DNA from: Paramecium tetraurelia | Lineage: Eukaryota | Assembly: GCA_000165425.1 (NCBI GenBank) | Contig: CT868677.1 | Coordinates: forward strand, 310,001 to 330,322 | Reading direction: 5' to 3' | Length of the DNA: 20,322 bases | In this document: positions 1-13,021 of the stretch, in pieces | Layout: the number at the start of each line of letters is the position of its first letter | Numbering within the stretch: position 1 is the stretch's first letter | Translations under genes and position numbers: made by a program | The notes under the pieces: generated by a model | Told to the model about the DNA's origin: nothing | Databases searched by the model: none | Seen by the model: the letters and a program-made list of their open reading frames with translations, nothing else

Positions 1-1
1 T

Positions 2-332
2 CATGGACAAGGCAAATTTGAATTCGCTAATGGATGTGTCTATAAGGGTACTGTGCATAAAGGAAAGATGCATGGTAATGGAGAACTTATTTTCAACGAC
101 AACACCAGGTATGTTGGAGAATTCAGAAACAATTGCATCCAAGGTAGTGGAATCTATGAAGCCAACATTCCTATTTAAGGTTGGGTAAGAATTAAAATAA
201 TAATTTAAGTTTCACTCAAAATATGAACATTAAACTATGTTTCTTTATTTTTTCAGACAAGAAACACCAGTCTTAATTGACAACCAAGATTGCGCTCTAA
301 TTTAAAAATAATTAAGTACTTTTTTTGATTGA
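2..332 (+). CDS. MORN-repeat protein, 3' part (5' end outside window); one intron at 185-209
   Basis: Frame 2 reads HGQGKFEFANGCVYKGTVHKGKMHGNGELIFNDNTRYVGEFRNNCIQGSGIYE, matching the MORN consensus YxGxWxxGxxHGxG. Removing the 25-nt GTAAG..TAAG intron (185-209) continues the frame GWFHSKYEH...STFFD to TGA at 330-332. Confidence 0.85.
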
Positions 333-1058
333 ATAATATACTTTTCTTTATCTATTAAATTAGTATCAATTCTAAAAAATCTAATTATCATTATTAAGGA
401 AAATAAATGAAGCATTGATCCACTAATTCATCAATAAGTTTGATGACATCTTGTAAAAAATTAAATAATAGGATCATTCTTTTTCATCTTAAAATGCCTT
501 TAATGTATTCTCAAATGATTTTTTAAAAAAGATATTGGGTAACATATTTGTCAATACAAATGTATTGTAAATGTCATTTCTCTTAATAGCTAAATATTTA
601 TTTTGCATTACAATTTTGAAAAAGTATTCCAACCATTTATGGATAGAACTGAATTTAAAGACTTAATAAAAATTAAAATGTAACATTATATATTTTTGCT
701 TTATAAAACTATTTATCTATCATCATAATCCTTAATAACATATTTTATAACCACATTTCGAAATAGAAACGATAATTATATTATCCTTAAGTAAAGAAAA
801 GCAGATATGATGATAATGTAATTTTTTACTATTTAATTTCATTTATGAAAAAGGTAGTTGATAAAGAGGAGCTTAATAGTTTTTCTAAAGATTTTTGAGA
901 TAACATTGAATGTTGGATATTCAATAATTAATATAAATTATATATACTTCAAAAGTAATAATTTATTTTTAAATAATTGCATTTAATAAAAATTTTAGAT
1001 GGAACAACAGCAAAAATAAAATATATAAATTATATAAACTTTTATATAATCTCCTGAC

Positions 1059-4000
1059 ATGATACTAATAAGTCTTTTATTATTAAATATCAGGATGATG
1101 AACTGTTTTGAAATTATTACAATGAATCCAGCTAATCAATATCAAAGGAAATTAGTTTAATTAACAGAGAATAAGTATAATACTGATAGTTGTTTGTCCT
1201 ATGGATTGTGGTCAAAGTATAATCCTCTTAGTACAATAGCTTAGATAGGAATGTATGGATTACTCGATAATCACTGCTTTCATTTGCATAATGCAATTGA
1301 TTAGTATTCGTAAAGTTTAAATCTAATTTATTATGATTGTTTAGACTCGGTTTCAAGGAAAATACAAAAAACAATCTTATTTATTAATAATATGGATGAA
1401 CAGAATAGATTTACATTAGAAATTGATTCATTTGACTATGAAAACACTTGGTATTACTTACAACTAATAGTATAACCATCATAAGATATATTTAAATTAA
1501 TATTCATTAAAAGATAGGTTGTTTAATTTGAAGCAATTAATTAAATGAAATACCCCTTTAAAGATGAAAACTTAATATTATCATTTGGAGGTAATTTTAT
1601 AGTACGTAATTCAAAGATCCTTGATGTAAAAGATGGTGAAATATTCTCATATTTTCCAGGTACTATTATTTTGCAAGACTTTTCAATTTAAAGCTTAGCA
1701 ATTGATTTTGATTTTATCAATATTGCAAATCAAGCATACGAATAATTTGAGTAATGTGTTTGCTAGTCAAATAAGATATTCTTGATTGGAGATAAGAACC
1801 TTAAAGAATAAGATTAGGATATCTATATTTCAGATAATATCAATTGTGATTCATTTATACTTGTAGGATGGATTAAAATTAAAGAAATTATAAATCCATC
1901 TGGACTACTCAGTTATTAGCTAATAAAAGTCTCAACAAATTTATAGAATCCCATATTTCAGAATTAAAATTTATCTCCCTTCTAACTACTCTATCATATA
2001 ACCCCATTACAAAATGAAATAGAAATTACCACGTATAGTTATAATTTTCCAGATGTTTCTATTGACTTTTCAGATAATCCTTTCCTAATGAAGAAGACGT
2101 TACTTATCAAAAATAAGATTATGCTTTGGCATCATCTCAAAGTTGAATTATAGGAAGATAAGTTAAATGTGGTAATTACATTTTATGAAGGTCCTGAGAT
2201 ATTTTAATATGATGTTAAATTTGAGGTTGATTAATTTCATAATTGTTAATTTAAAATTGAATTTGGCAATTGCTAGTAAACTCAAATTAATTATTTAAAC
2301 ACCCAAATGAGAAATTTGCAATTTTTTAATTGTTAAAAAGAACTTACAACTTAAAATTGTCATTAAAGTTGTTATGAATGCGATGGTCCAACTAATCAAG
2401 ATTGTTTGTCTTGTTCGATTGAATCACAAAGAATCTATATTCCAGAACATAAAGTCTGCGTTTGTCCATTTAACACAATAGATAATCAAAATAAATGCCA
2501 AACCTACAAAGATTCAAATCTTAGATTGATTGAAGATAAAAATCTTAATGTTAATTAGAATTGCAAATACGGATTTTTTGAGTTGGATGGAGAGTGTATA
2601 TAATGGTATAAAATCAAATAGCATTTAGTCCTTCAATGATTAAGAAAGATTTTCTTAGTTGTGTAGAATGTCTGAACAACCCTAAGTCATGGTTTAAGTA
2701 TCCAATTTGTGAAAAATCTTTAGTGATAAAACTAAATACTGATTATTATGATGCCTCATTACAATTTGGCGATGTCCAATATTACTATGATGGAATATAA
2801 CTCAATCCTATTCATTATACTAATTCATTTAGATATGAAACTGACATTTAAAATATTACAAACATTTTCAAAGAATTTTAATTATCCTAAAACTATTTTA
2901 GACAATTTTGCTAACAAAAGGATTTTGCTGAAACTGATTAATTCATCTGTTATGAATGCTTTCTTTAATATTGTTAATATTGTTAAGTTACTCCTACTAA
3001 TTTCATATGTGTAAAGTGTTATGGTAATTATGAATTAATAGATGGTGAATGTATATTTTCAACTGAAATTAAGGCAAGATCAAAACCAGTTTGTTTACCA
3101 CCATATTATTATTCATTTGAAAACTATTGTAAAATTTGTGAAATCAAAAATTGCATTTACTGTTTTGAATACTCTACTGATAATTTACAATTTTGCTCAT
3201 TAGTAGATTTATTAAATATGAATTTAAAATTCTAACGTAACGTTAGAACAGGTTGTGCACTTTGTGAACAAAACTTCATTTTTGATTTCACTTTAGAATT
3301 ATGCTTACATTAAATCCCCTAGATTAAAAATTGCCAAAGATCGTATATCAATTTATAGAATAAGGAAGAATGTGTTTCATCAACGAATGATGACTTCTAA
3401 ATTGCACCAGAGATATCTAATTGTTAGGATTATATTGATAACTGTCAAACATGCTCACTTAATGTAGATCTTTAAATCAAATGTGTTGTTTGTTAAGATA
3501 AATTCATGATCGAAAATGACTAATGCTATTAAAATGAAGAATTTGATTCATAGAAAATCTCAATATATAATTAAACAAACAAGATCCAAAGTTTTATTCT
3601 TTAATTTGTTCCAAAATTGAAATAATATGTTTATAATAAATTTTTAAATTAATCAAAACCCATAATATGTGACCCCAATTGTATTATATGTGATTAGACT
3701 ACTACTTATTGTAAACAATGCCCATTAAATTATTACAAAAAATATATTATAACATTGCCAAGCAAACTGTGTTTATAATGTCATCCTCTATGTTAAGTGT
3801 GTTTACAACGATCAAATAAAGATATTGAAGTAAGAACATAAAACATAATGATTAGCGCGACTTTCCTTATTTAATTGTTGATGATAAAAGCTAAAACTAT
3901 ACCAACAAATGTATTAAACCATACAACGATCCTTCCTTTTCTTTTGACCCTTACTTATAAAGTGTGAGGTATTGCTTGACAAAAGATTGCAAAGATCATT

Positions 4001-7000
4001 TTTTCTTAGATCTTCCGTATTAATCATGTGATTTTTCAAGATTTAATAGATTTTATGAGTCAAAAATCAATACAGATTATTGCAATTAAATCGGAATGGA
4101 GATCTTGACTATTGAATTAGTATTGAATGTCTTAGATTAGTAATGTTTTCTAATACTTCCATTCATTATTCAAACTGAATTAAAATAAAAAGTTTTTAGT
4201 TTAAAAAGAGTCAACTTTAAATTCTCATCACAATAATATTTAGAAATAACATCATTTACTTCTAATCCTTTCAAAAATTATGATTAAGTTGAGATTAGCA
4301 ATTTAGGATTTGTACTTGATGCAGATTAGCATTTTATCTTTTACAATAGCAATAAAAAAATTGATTTAATACTTAAGAATTTTACAATAACTTAGAGTAT
4401 ACTTTAGAATATTGATTCATTATTTTAGACAGAAGTGTTTGGAAATATAACTTTGAATAATTTTACTATAATAGACACTACCCTTATCAATTCCTCATTG
4501 TTTAATTTTCATTCATATTAAATGCTGGGATCAATTACAATAACAAATTTATAAATTAAAAATTGTACCTTTATAGAATCGGCATTATTTAAATTATCCT
4601 AAATTGAATCTTTATTATCATATTAATATCTCTAAATGCAGTAATGTAACTTAACAAAATCCTCAATCTTTAGTTTTGAGAGCAATTATCAAAACTAAAG
4701 AACATTAACTGGATTGAATACAATGATATTAAATAATAAATTCTACAATTCTTAATTAATAAATAGCACTCTTTTAATTGAAGTAAGTTTATACAATTTT
4801 AAATTGAGTTTGAACCTTATGGAAAACTCTATAATGATATCGGTTAATTATAATATTACAATGAGTTTGATAAGTATTGATCAAAATGTATTTGTTTTTT
4901 CTTAATTCCTATCAATTAATCAGATATAATTAAGGAATCATATTTAATGTAATATTACAAATTTCGAAGCAAACGAAAATCAGTTTTAGGGATCCAGTTT
5001 AATTTTGGTGTTTTCAACTTTATCAACAAATTTCCTCCTAATTGAATTTTACTAATTCAAAATAATAAATAATAGCAAATATTCTATTCATAATGAAAAT
5101 AATCCATTATTTTGCATAAATAGTTAAGAAATTCGCATTTCCAATTTTATAATTTTTGATAACGACGATTTGATGATATTTTAATTGTCTGAGAACAACA
5201 AAATCTCTATCTCGAACGTCATATTTTAGAACACAATCCAAAATTTTAAAATTCCTTTATCATAATCTTGTTTAATTACAAACAAGAAAAACAAATTACT
5301 TTATGTTTCTGGATTTACTACTATTTACATTTAGAATTTACATATCTCGAAAATTGTGAGTGTTGATGAACCATTAATCTAGATCAATCCAAGCTATTAA
5401 AATTTATCATATGTTATGAGTTATGTTGAGATGATTAATATTACATTTACTCATAATATTCTCATCTAATCAACATTAGTTAATCAAATTTCTTTGTTAA
5501 TAATAGAATCTGAATATAGGGAGAGCATTCTACTAGAAAATATTAAATTTGAAGAAAACTTTTTACATTCTTATTCTAGTAGTGCAGTAATGGCAACAGT
5601 CAGTTTATTATACATTTAAACTTCATTAAGTTAAACAAAAGTAGAAAATTTTCTTAGTAAAAATAATGCACTCACCAATTCTTCAAATTCCTTTATTACA
5701 GTAATGTCAGCTCATGTAATGTTATCTAATTTTTCAATTCAAAACCACAATTTTTTATCATAATAATTATGGGTTAAATACTATGAACTTATATTCAACG
5801 AAAATCTGCATTAAGATAATTTAAACTAAATAATTTTCTAAATTTTATAGATAAAGAATATTGGAGGAGCAGGATCATTTTTAGTTTAAAACATATCCTG
5901 TATAAATTGTTCATTTTCTAAAATTCTTGCAACTTAAAGCTTAATTTTTGAAATCACTACTACAGAAGCAGGTTGTATAGATTTATAGAATATCACAATA
6001 GATTAAGTTGAAAATAATCCCTAATCAACTGAAAAAGGCTCAGGGTGCTTTAGCATTTATTCATCGAATAGTAAATTAAATCTTAGGTTAGTAAATGCTT
6101 TTTTATCAAATATTTTTAATAGGATGGCTTCTTTGATATTCACTATTACTCCTTCAAAATCATAAAATATCATATTATTCTAAGATACAAATATAACAAA
6201 TTGTATTTCATTGTTAAATTAAATAATCAATATATAATTTTCATCTTTGATAGCTAATAAAAACATAGTAACTATAAAAAATATACGAATTACTTAAAAT
6301 TTATAAGTATGGACTGAATATTTTACTAAAGTTAGGGATATATCCATTTAAGAAATTACAGAAACTATAAATAATTAAAATTCTTTAATTTCATTACAAA
6401 ATTGCATTACTTTGATTGAAGACTTTGTTATAGAAGGAATCATAGTTAATTCTATCTTCTATTTTGCGAATTTACCAAAATTAAAATTAAATAATGTTAA
6501 ATTGGACAAAATCTCAGTTTTGTATTCATTCAATCTCATTTAAGTTATGTAATTCTCATAAATAAAATCTATGATTGTTATTGAAAATTTAAGTATCAAA
6601 AATATTTAGCTTTATTAAAATAATTTGACACCTTACTCAACTTACTCCTAAAGCATGTACAATATACGAGGTTGTAAAATAGTTTAACAATTTTATGAGA
6701 CTTATTCACAAGATTATTTTTACTCTTATGTTAATTCTATTTAATCGAATGATAAACAAGAAGAAGGTTCATTCATTTATATTTAAAGTATTTCAAATTC
6801 AAATGGAATCTACTTTCAAGATGTTACTTTTGAGCATAATAATTGTTAATAATGTTAAAATGGCCTTGTCTTTTTTGAATTATCAGATATTCAATTTATT
6901 AAGCTTGATAACTTTAATTGCAATTATAATTAAATCAATAAGTTTGGATGTCTACATTTCTCATCGAATACCTATCTTAGGTAAAAAGTATTGATTAAAA

Positions 7001-9676
7001 ATTCTAATTTCCTTTTTAATAATGGGACTCAAGGTATTGGTATATATTCATAAAAAGTGAGTCTATCCATTAAATTGTGCAAACTAATAAACAACACAGC
7101 TTTGGATTTTGGAGGTGGTTTATATATCGATATTGAATCTTCTGATTTTATTGTAAATCGATCAATCATTATTGGAAATATAGCTAAAACTGGAGGTGGC
7201 ATATATTTGGAGGGCAACTGCAATCTAAATAAAAATAATTTTGTATTATCCTAGTTACTTTTCAATAATGCTTTAGAGTATGCAAATAATGTTATAGAAA
7301 TTCCAAATCATTTAGCTTTTTACATCAATAAATTGGAGAATCCATCATAATCTGTAACTAATAACAATTAATCTATAAATATGTTGAACCTAAAACCATA
7401 CAGAATGATTGAGTAAGGTAGTTAAATCAATATGAAAGATTTATTGATTCCAAGTAATTAAGTAATTAAAACTTTTTAAATTTTTGACATACGCTAATCG
7501 AAATATCTACCTTTAATTAAGGATATTAGTTTAGCCTATAAAAACAGCAGAAACGAAGTAATGCATAATTTTATCAACTCAACATGCATAGTTAAGGATA
7601 AGATAATAACTAAAGACAAAATGGAGATTACTGACAGAAAGATTCAGAAAACTTTATTTTTTGATATTCAAACAAATTCTTTTGATTTTGGATCTTTATC
7701 ATTTAGTTTAGATCCATATAAATAAGATTATGACTATTTATAGATAGATATAAGTTGTTAATTAAAAGAATAAAAAGATACTTTAAAATATAGGATTTAC
7801 GCAAGGAGTCTAAAATGTCAGCTTGGTGAATTTTATGTTGATAATGGTTGTCAAATCTGTTAATCTAATTAGGGGTACTATTCAGTTACATATAATGCAA
7901 CAAAATGTTCTATATTTGATAAAGGCAAGTACTCGGATATTACTTCAAATATGATTCAATTGCTTCCAGGATTTTGGAGACCTAATAATTTTTCTGATTA
8001 TGTTGAATATTGTTTCAAAAATAAATTCTTTTGTATTGGCGGATGGTAGGTTGGAGATTACACATGTAGTTTTGGACACATAGGGGCTTTATGTGAAGAA
8101 TGTGATAGATATGGCATAAGAGGATAGGGTAATTTTTATAAAAACTAATGGGATTAAAATTGTAGAGAATGTCGATTTGATTGGACCAGCATATTTCCAA
8201 CTACAATAATATGTCTATGGTATTTTGATTGTTATTAATTATAGGACATATATATCAATCTAGATGTCTTTAAGAAGTATCTCTAGATCTAATTAACTAT
8301 ATTCATAACTCATAATTGCATAAAGATTTAGCAAAATATTATTTAAACTAAATTAAGGTAAATAAATTAGTAAATGTTAGATCAGGAGAGTATTTAATTA
8401 AAAATGTTGATAAATTATTTGTGGATCTATTCAGTTATCTTTACATTTAACATCAGATTTTCATTTTCCCTTCTTTTTATAGAATAATCTAGCGACACTT
8501 CATATTTTATAGCCAAAGATTTAGACTGTTATATATCTTCGATTCAAAATATTCCCATAGTATAATTAAAAATATTCACAATGCTAATCTTGATGATTAT
8601 ACTATTTAATCTCATAATTGCAGGGTAATTTTTGCATACTCTTATTACGAAACAAAAGCATGATATAAGTATTCTCTCAAATAGTGCACTCTATTTGTAT
8701 GTATTTAACTATGCAGGATTGATTAAAATGTAAAATTTAAAATATGAAAAGGTTCTCATCTGTGCTTTCGAAACGAGAAGTATCAAATCAAAATTACATA
8801 TAAGGAGATGTATCCTTGAAATACGGTTCTCCAGTTCATTTATAGTGGGTGTATTATTTTATTATTCCTGGAATATTTATAATTGGCATATTCGTTCCTA
8901 TTTTGATTTTTATTCTGTTAAAGCTAAATAGATAAAAGTTAGATAAAATTAAACTAAGAAAACATCTTTGTTATTTGCTAAATGAATATAAATAAGAAAG
9001 GTATTACTGGGAATTGATCAAGCTATTCAAGAAATCTGTTATAATTTTTATAATGACAAACTTTGAAACTGAGATTGTCTTAAAAGCATCATTGTTAGGA
9101 TTGTGCTTATTAATATATGAAATCCTGGCAATTTTCCATTAGCCATTCACCATATAAAAATATAATTCTTTAGACTTATAAACAGCTCAGATTTGCTCAA
9201 TCTCTATGTTTTTAGCCCTAACCAAAAGTATTTGTGAATAAAAGAATTATATCTTCCCTTCTATTCTGATTCAAATTTTGATTATTGGGTGCTTTATCAA
9301 ACTTTGTTATCCATTTATTTTTGGTATTGCAAGAAGCTATGTTAAGAAATATTAATTCCTTTATTTGAATAAATTACATTTTTTTCTTAATTCGAAAGTA
9401 CCAAATATATATTTCGCCTTAATTTTGGGAAAGTTTTTGGAAAGAGAAAAATTAAAACAATAAAAATTAAAGAGTAATTTTACCAAATTGAAGAACCATT
9501 TAATCTTTTTATCAAAATAACAATTAAGAACTTCAAAGTAAATATTGACAAATATAACTTGCGGATAAGTAATATCACCATAAAGTTCAAGAATTCTAAG
9601 TACAAAATCAAGCAGAATAGGAGTTGAAAAAGCATTTTTTAGTAATGTTGAAGAATATGAAAATAATAAAAAGTGA
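1059..9676 (+). CDS. Giant ciliate surface/transmembrane protein (~2832 aa): signal peptide, furin-like Cys-rich repeats, parallel beta-helix (pectin-lyase/Pmp-like) region, Cys-rich juxtamembrane region, multi-pass C-terminal TM domain
   Basis: Ciliate code. ATG 1059 gives MILISLLLLNIRMMNC (signal-like). Introns at 2606-2628, 3830-3855, 8220-8244, 8358-8380 and 8730-8751; spliced length is 8499 nt = 2833 codons ending in TGA 9674-9676. Motifs: CHQSCYECDGPTNQDCLSC (~2360-2415); NNTALDFGGGLYI and GNIAKTGGGIYL (~7090-7210); CQLGEFYVDNGCQIC...LLPGFWR...CSFGHIGALCEECD (~7815-8106); several hydrophobic segments at ~8190-9330. Confidence 0.9.
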
Positions 9677-9779
9677 GTAAGTCATATCTATATTTTATAG
9701 TTAAAATTATTACTTTAAGAATTATCATATATTATATAAACTTATTTTAATAAATTAATAAAATTAAAAATTTTGAAAA

Positions 9780-10400
9780 ATATAAATTTTAATACAATAT
9801 TTCAAAATTATAAAAACTAAAATTCCAAAGTCAATATAGAGCTGATACAAAAAGAGTAAGGAAGTTTTTAACTGGTGCTAGTATGGAACAGCATTTTAAT
9901 TAGTCTCATCAGAGGCTTTTAACAAATTCATTAGTTGTTAGGTCGATACAACCATTTCCATGTCTAAAAATCATTAAGATTCTCATAAAATATAGGCCTT
10001 GATTCCTTAGAACACTAATTCTATGAATAATAGATTCTATAATTTGAGATCTGGATGTGTTCTCTTGATTAAAAAGGATTAAAAACCAGAGAGGAATATC
10101 TAAAATACAAATTGAAAATCTCAAAGAAAGTCATGAAGAGAATCAGAAAATCGATTCTCGAAGAATTCAGAGAGAGCCATAGAATAAATATGACAATAAA
10201 ATTTTATAGAGGAAACGGACTATTTATAATTGAATCTGTTCTTGAATGAAGAATAAAAATGATATTACCAAAAGTCCAGAAAAGCTGATTATGATTTATT
10301 AACAATAAAATTATGAGATACACAGAAAGCTCATTCCAAATAGGAAGTATTTTTGTTATAAACTGACAACCTCATTATAAATTCAAGGAATTTTAAGCAA
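9780..10400 (+). pseudogene. Possible decayed gene fragment
   Basis: Higher GC than flanking intergenic DNA. Protein-like stretches lie in different frames (e.g. SEAFNKFISCQVDTTISMSKNHQ; KTREEYLKYKLKISKKVMKRIRKSILEEF), each closed by TGA. One intron-like element sits at 9881-9903. No coherent model or recognisable domain. Confidence 0.25.
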
Positions 10401-10485
10401 GATATTTATCCTTATTTTATTTTTCTTATTCTAAAAGATTCAAAATAACTATTTCTCGATATTCATAAAAATATCATAAATTTCA

Positions 10486-12782
10486 TCATTATATATGAAT
10501 ATATTTCAATTCGTATATTCTAAATTTGAATAGGGGATGCTAAAATACAACAAAGTATTTTCCATCATTTGTAATATTAAAAAAAATAACTTCCGACTCG
10601 TAGATCAAAGGTTAACAAACTTATTACAATTTATTATCATCGTAAGAATTTCTGAAAAAATAAAAACATTTCTTGTATTGCATTACTATTAATTAAGTTT
10701 AAATATTGTAATTTATTTGAGTTTCTTATGAGTTCTCATCAGAATTTTATACATCAAAATCTAATACTTGATGACTTTCATATTAATCTTATGTTTATTT
10801 ATATATTTCTATCTATCCATTAGATGTTTTGCAGATAATTTAATGATCCATAAGAAATCTAACACCTATATTTATTCCTTGAATTTAATTGTATAGGAGA
10901 ACTATATTTTTAAATTACCATTTTTATATATAGTTCTTTTCCCATAAAACAACTTATTTATCTTCACCCCAAGAGATTAATTATTATTGAGATTAATTTA
11001 AACTGATTGATAATACAGATTTTTAATGTTTCTCGAGAGACTATACAAATTTAATAGAATTTGAATCGTATTAAATTTTCCAGATCTTAACTGTCTAATC
11101 TACACTACAAGATATTAATTCATTTTCTTAATCATTTAAAAGTAATTCATTTACCCAATTCGTATGTGTTTTGTCTGCTTTTCTGCTTTCCCATTTACTA
11201 TTACTAAACCAAGTCTCTTATTCTTTCCAGCTTCTAATTGTGTTATCCTCACTCCCAGAGAACAACCAATTTTTTTTTTTACTAAAAATAATACATTTTA
11301 TTTGTCTTTAATGACCATATAAGCTAGCCTTTTTATCTAATAGCTATCCTTTTTAAAAACTCCATAAAACTATGTTGTTGTTTAAACTAGCAGCCATAAT
11401 TGATTAATTATGATTAAATGCTAATGCATGACATTATTCCTATTGCCTAACTTCTGAAACTAACTGATAATCTAACTAATTATATTCTTTAATTTTTTCT
11501 ATATTATTTTTTCTAATTATATTCAATTCCTAATAAGAGGCACTAGACGAAATTGATCTTAAAATATTTTATGTCCTCTGCAAGTGTATTTGTAATAATT
11601 AATTTGTATTTTATATTTTTGTTTCATAGGATAAGTTAATGTTGTCAATCAATTAGCTAACTTCCTTAACTTATATGTTTCTTTTAATTTCGATAGACTT
11701 ATTCAATTAATCTATTTCATCAATAAAGCTGTATGAGCACTACTTTATCTCAAGCTACTTTATCTCATCGATCCAATTATTAACTTAATTTATCATTTAA
11801 TCCATTGACTATAAAATTAAAGCTTTCTATTATAATATTTGTTCAATTAAACAATTTAAAAGGCTAATATTTTTCTAGCTAAAATCAGAAACTATTTCAA
11901 GTAAATTATTCTTCTGTTCTTCAATTATTTTAATTGCTTCATCTATATTGATACCGTTAAAAGGTCCTCTTATATCATTAATGCATTATGAACATACCAA
12001 CCTTTTGACTCCTTTAAGATTATTATCAAGAAGTACAATTATTGGTGGACTATCATGCTAATGTTAACATTGAATTGACTCAAATCTGTCTTACATATTG
12101 CATTTTAGTTATGATTTCAGAATTGTGTTTTTAGATGATGCGTCTTTAGAAGAATCATCAAATAAACTAATTGCTAAATGTCCTATGTTCAATTATTTCG
12201 ATTTTTATCCTAATAGGATCTTTGTAATCTCTATGAATGTTTCATTTATAATTAGATTGTCCTAGTAGGATACTTTAAAAAATTATTTGATTCTATTTTA
12301 TTTGCACCACTATAAAACAGCTATGCTCTCCAATATTTCATTATTCTCAACAATATTATTTTTATTAACTTTGATTACAAAAATTGGAAATTTTTCTCGA
12401 TCTTTACTGTTGCTTAAATCTAATTATAATTTGTTCCAATAATCCAAAGTTTTTATTGGATCCTCACCATTGCTATCATAGACTATAATCAAGCAATCGA
12501 GCCCTCGATAAACCTCACCTCTTTAAAATTTTTCATGACCAGGCCCATCCCAAAACTAATGCTAATTTTTAATTTACTTAAAGAGTAACAATTAAATTAT
12601 TGAAAATAAGATTCTTTTCCTTAATTTCCATACCTATGGATACTGGTAGTTTATCAATATTAGAATCGATGAATTGTGTGATTATAGCTGTTTTGCCAAC
12701 GCTGAATAAAAATAATTCAAAAAGGTTACCGAGGGTGACCAATGAGATGTATTTTAAATTTTATTTGTTTCTAAAATGACAT
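10486..12782 (-). CDS. Divergent Rab-like small GTPase domain fused to Cys/His-motif + coiled-coil + WD40 protein (~748 aa)
   Basis: ATG 12782; introns 12729-12702 and 12577-12556; spliced length 2247 nt; TGA at 10488-10486. N-terminus: MSFQKQIKFKIHLIGHPRVGKTAIITQFIDS...PVSIGMEIKEKNLIFNNLIVTLQFWDGPGHEKFQRGEVYRGLDCLIIVYD. Middle: CQHQH...LVCSQC. C-terminal WD repeats: GHQRQIKCIIFSKKKNWLFSGSEDNTIRSW, HTNWVNELLLNDQENELISCSVDQTVKIW, HQKSVLSISLNQSQQQLISLGEDKQVVLW. Confidence 0.88.
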
Positions 12783-13021
12783 TTAAAAATTAATATTATT
12801 GAATATGTATAATATAAGTAATAAGACACAATTAAAATTAAATGTTAAGGAATGTAAAAAATCTAGAATAAATAGTTAAGTTTGTATTCTTAAAACAATC
12901 TCAATTAATTTTATGATTATCTTTAAATAATTTTAATAAAGAACCACTGAATATAATATTTTCAGTATAATCTGAGAACAAATTGGGATTTTTTTTTATT
13001 AGAAATAAAAATTAATTAAAA

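Noticed and set aside
3..188. Supplied 61-aa ORF
   Set aside because: Wrong frame; the overlapping frame starting at position 2 encodes clear MORN repeats.
333..1058. Possible gene or element in the long AT-rich spacer
   Set aside because: Only short frames closed by TGA; no motif, terminal repeat or RNA gene recognised.
2748..8200. Supplied ORFs 2748-3014, 6695-6994, 7029-7223, 7057-7254 and 8015-8200 as separate genes
   Set aside because: These are off-frame or antisense shadows of the 1059-9676 gene. 7057-7254 is an in-frame fragment of it, cut at TAA/TAG codons that encode Gln.
9909..10124. Supplied minus-strand 71-aa ORF
   Set aside because: Defined with the wrong genetic code and has no recognisable motif.
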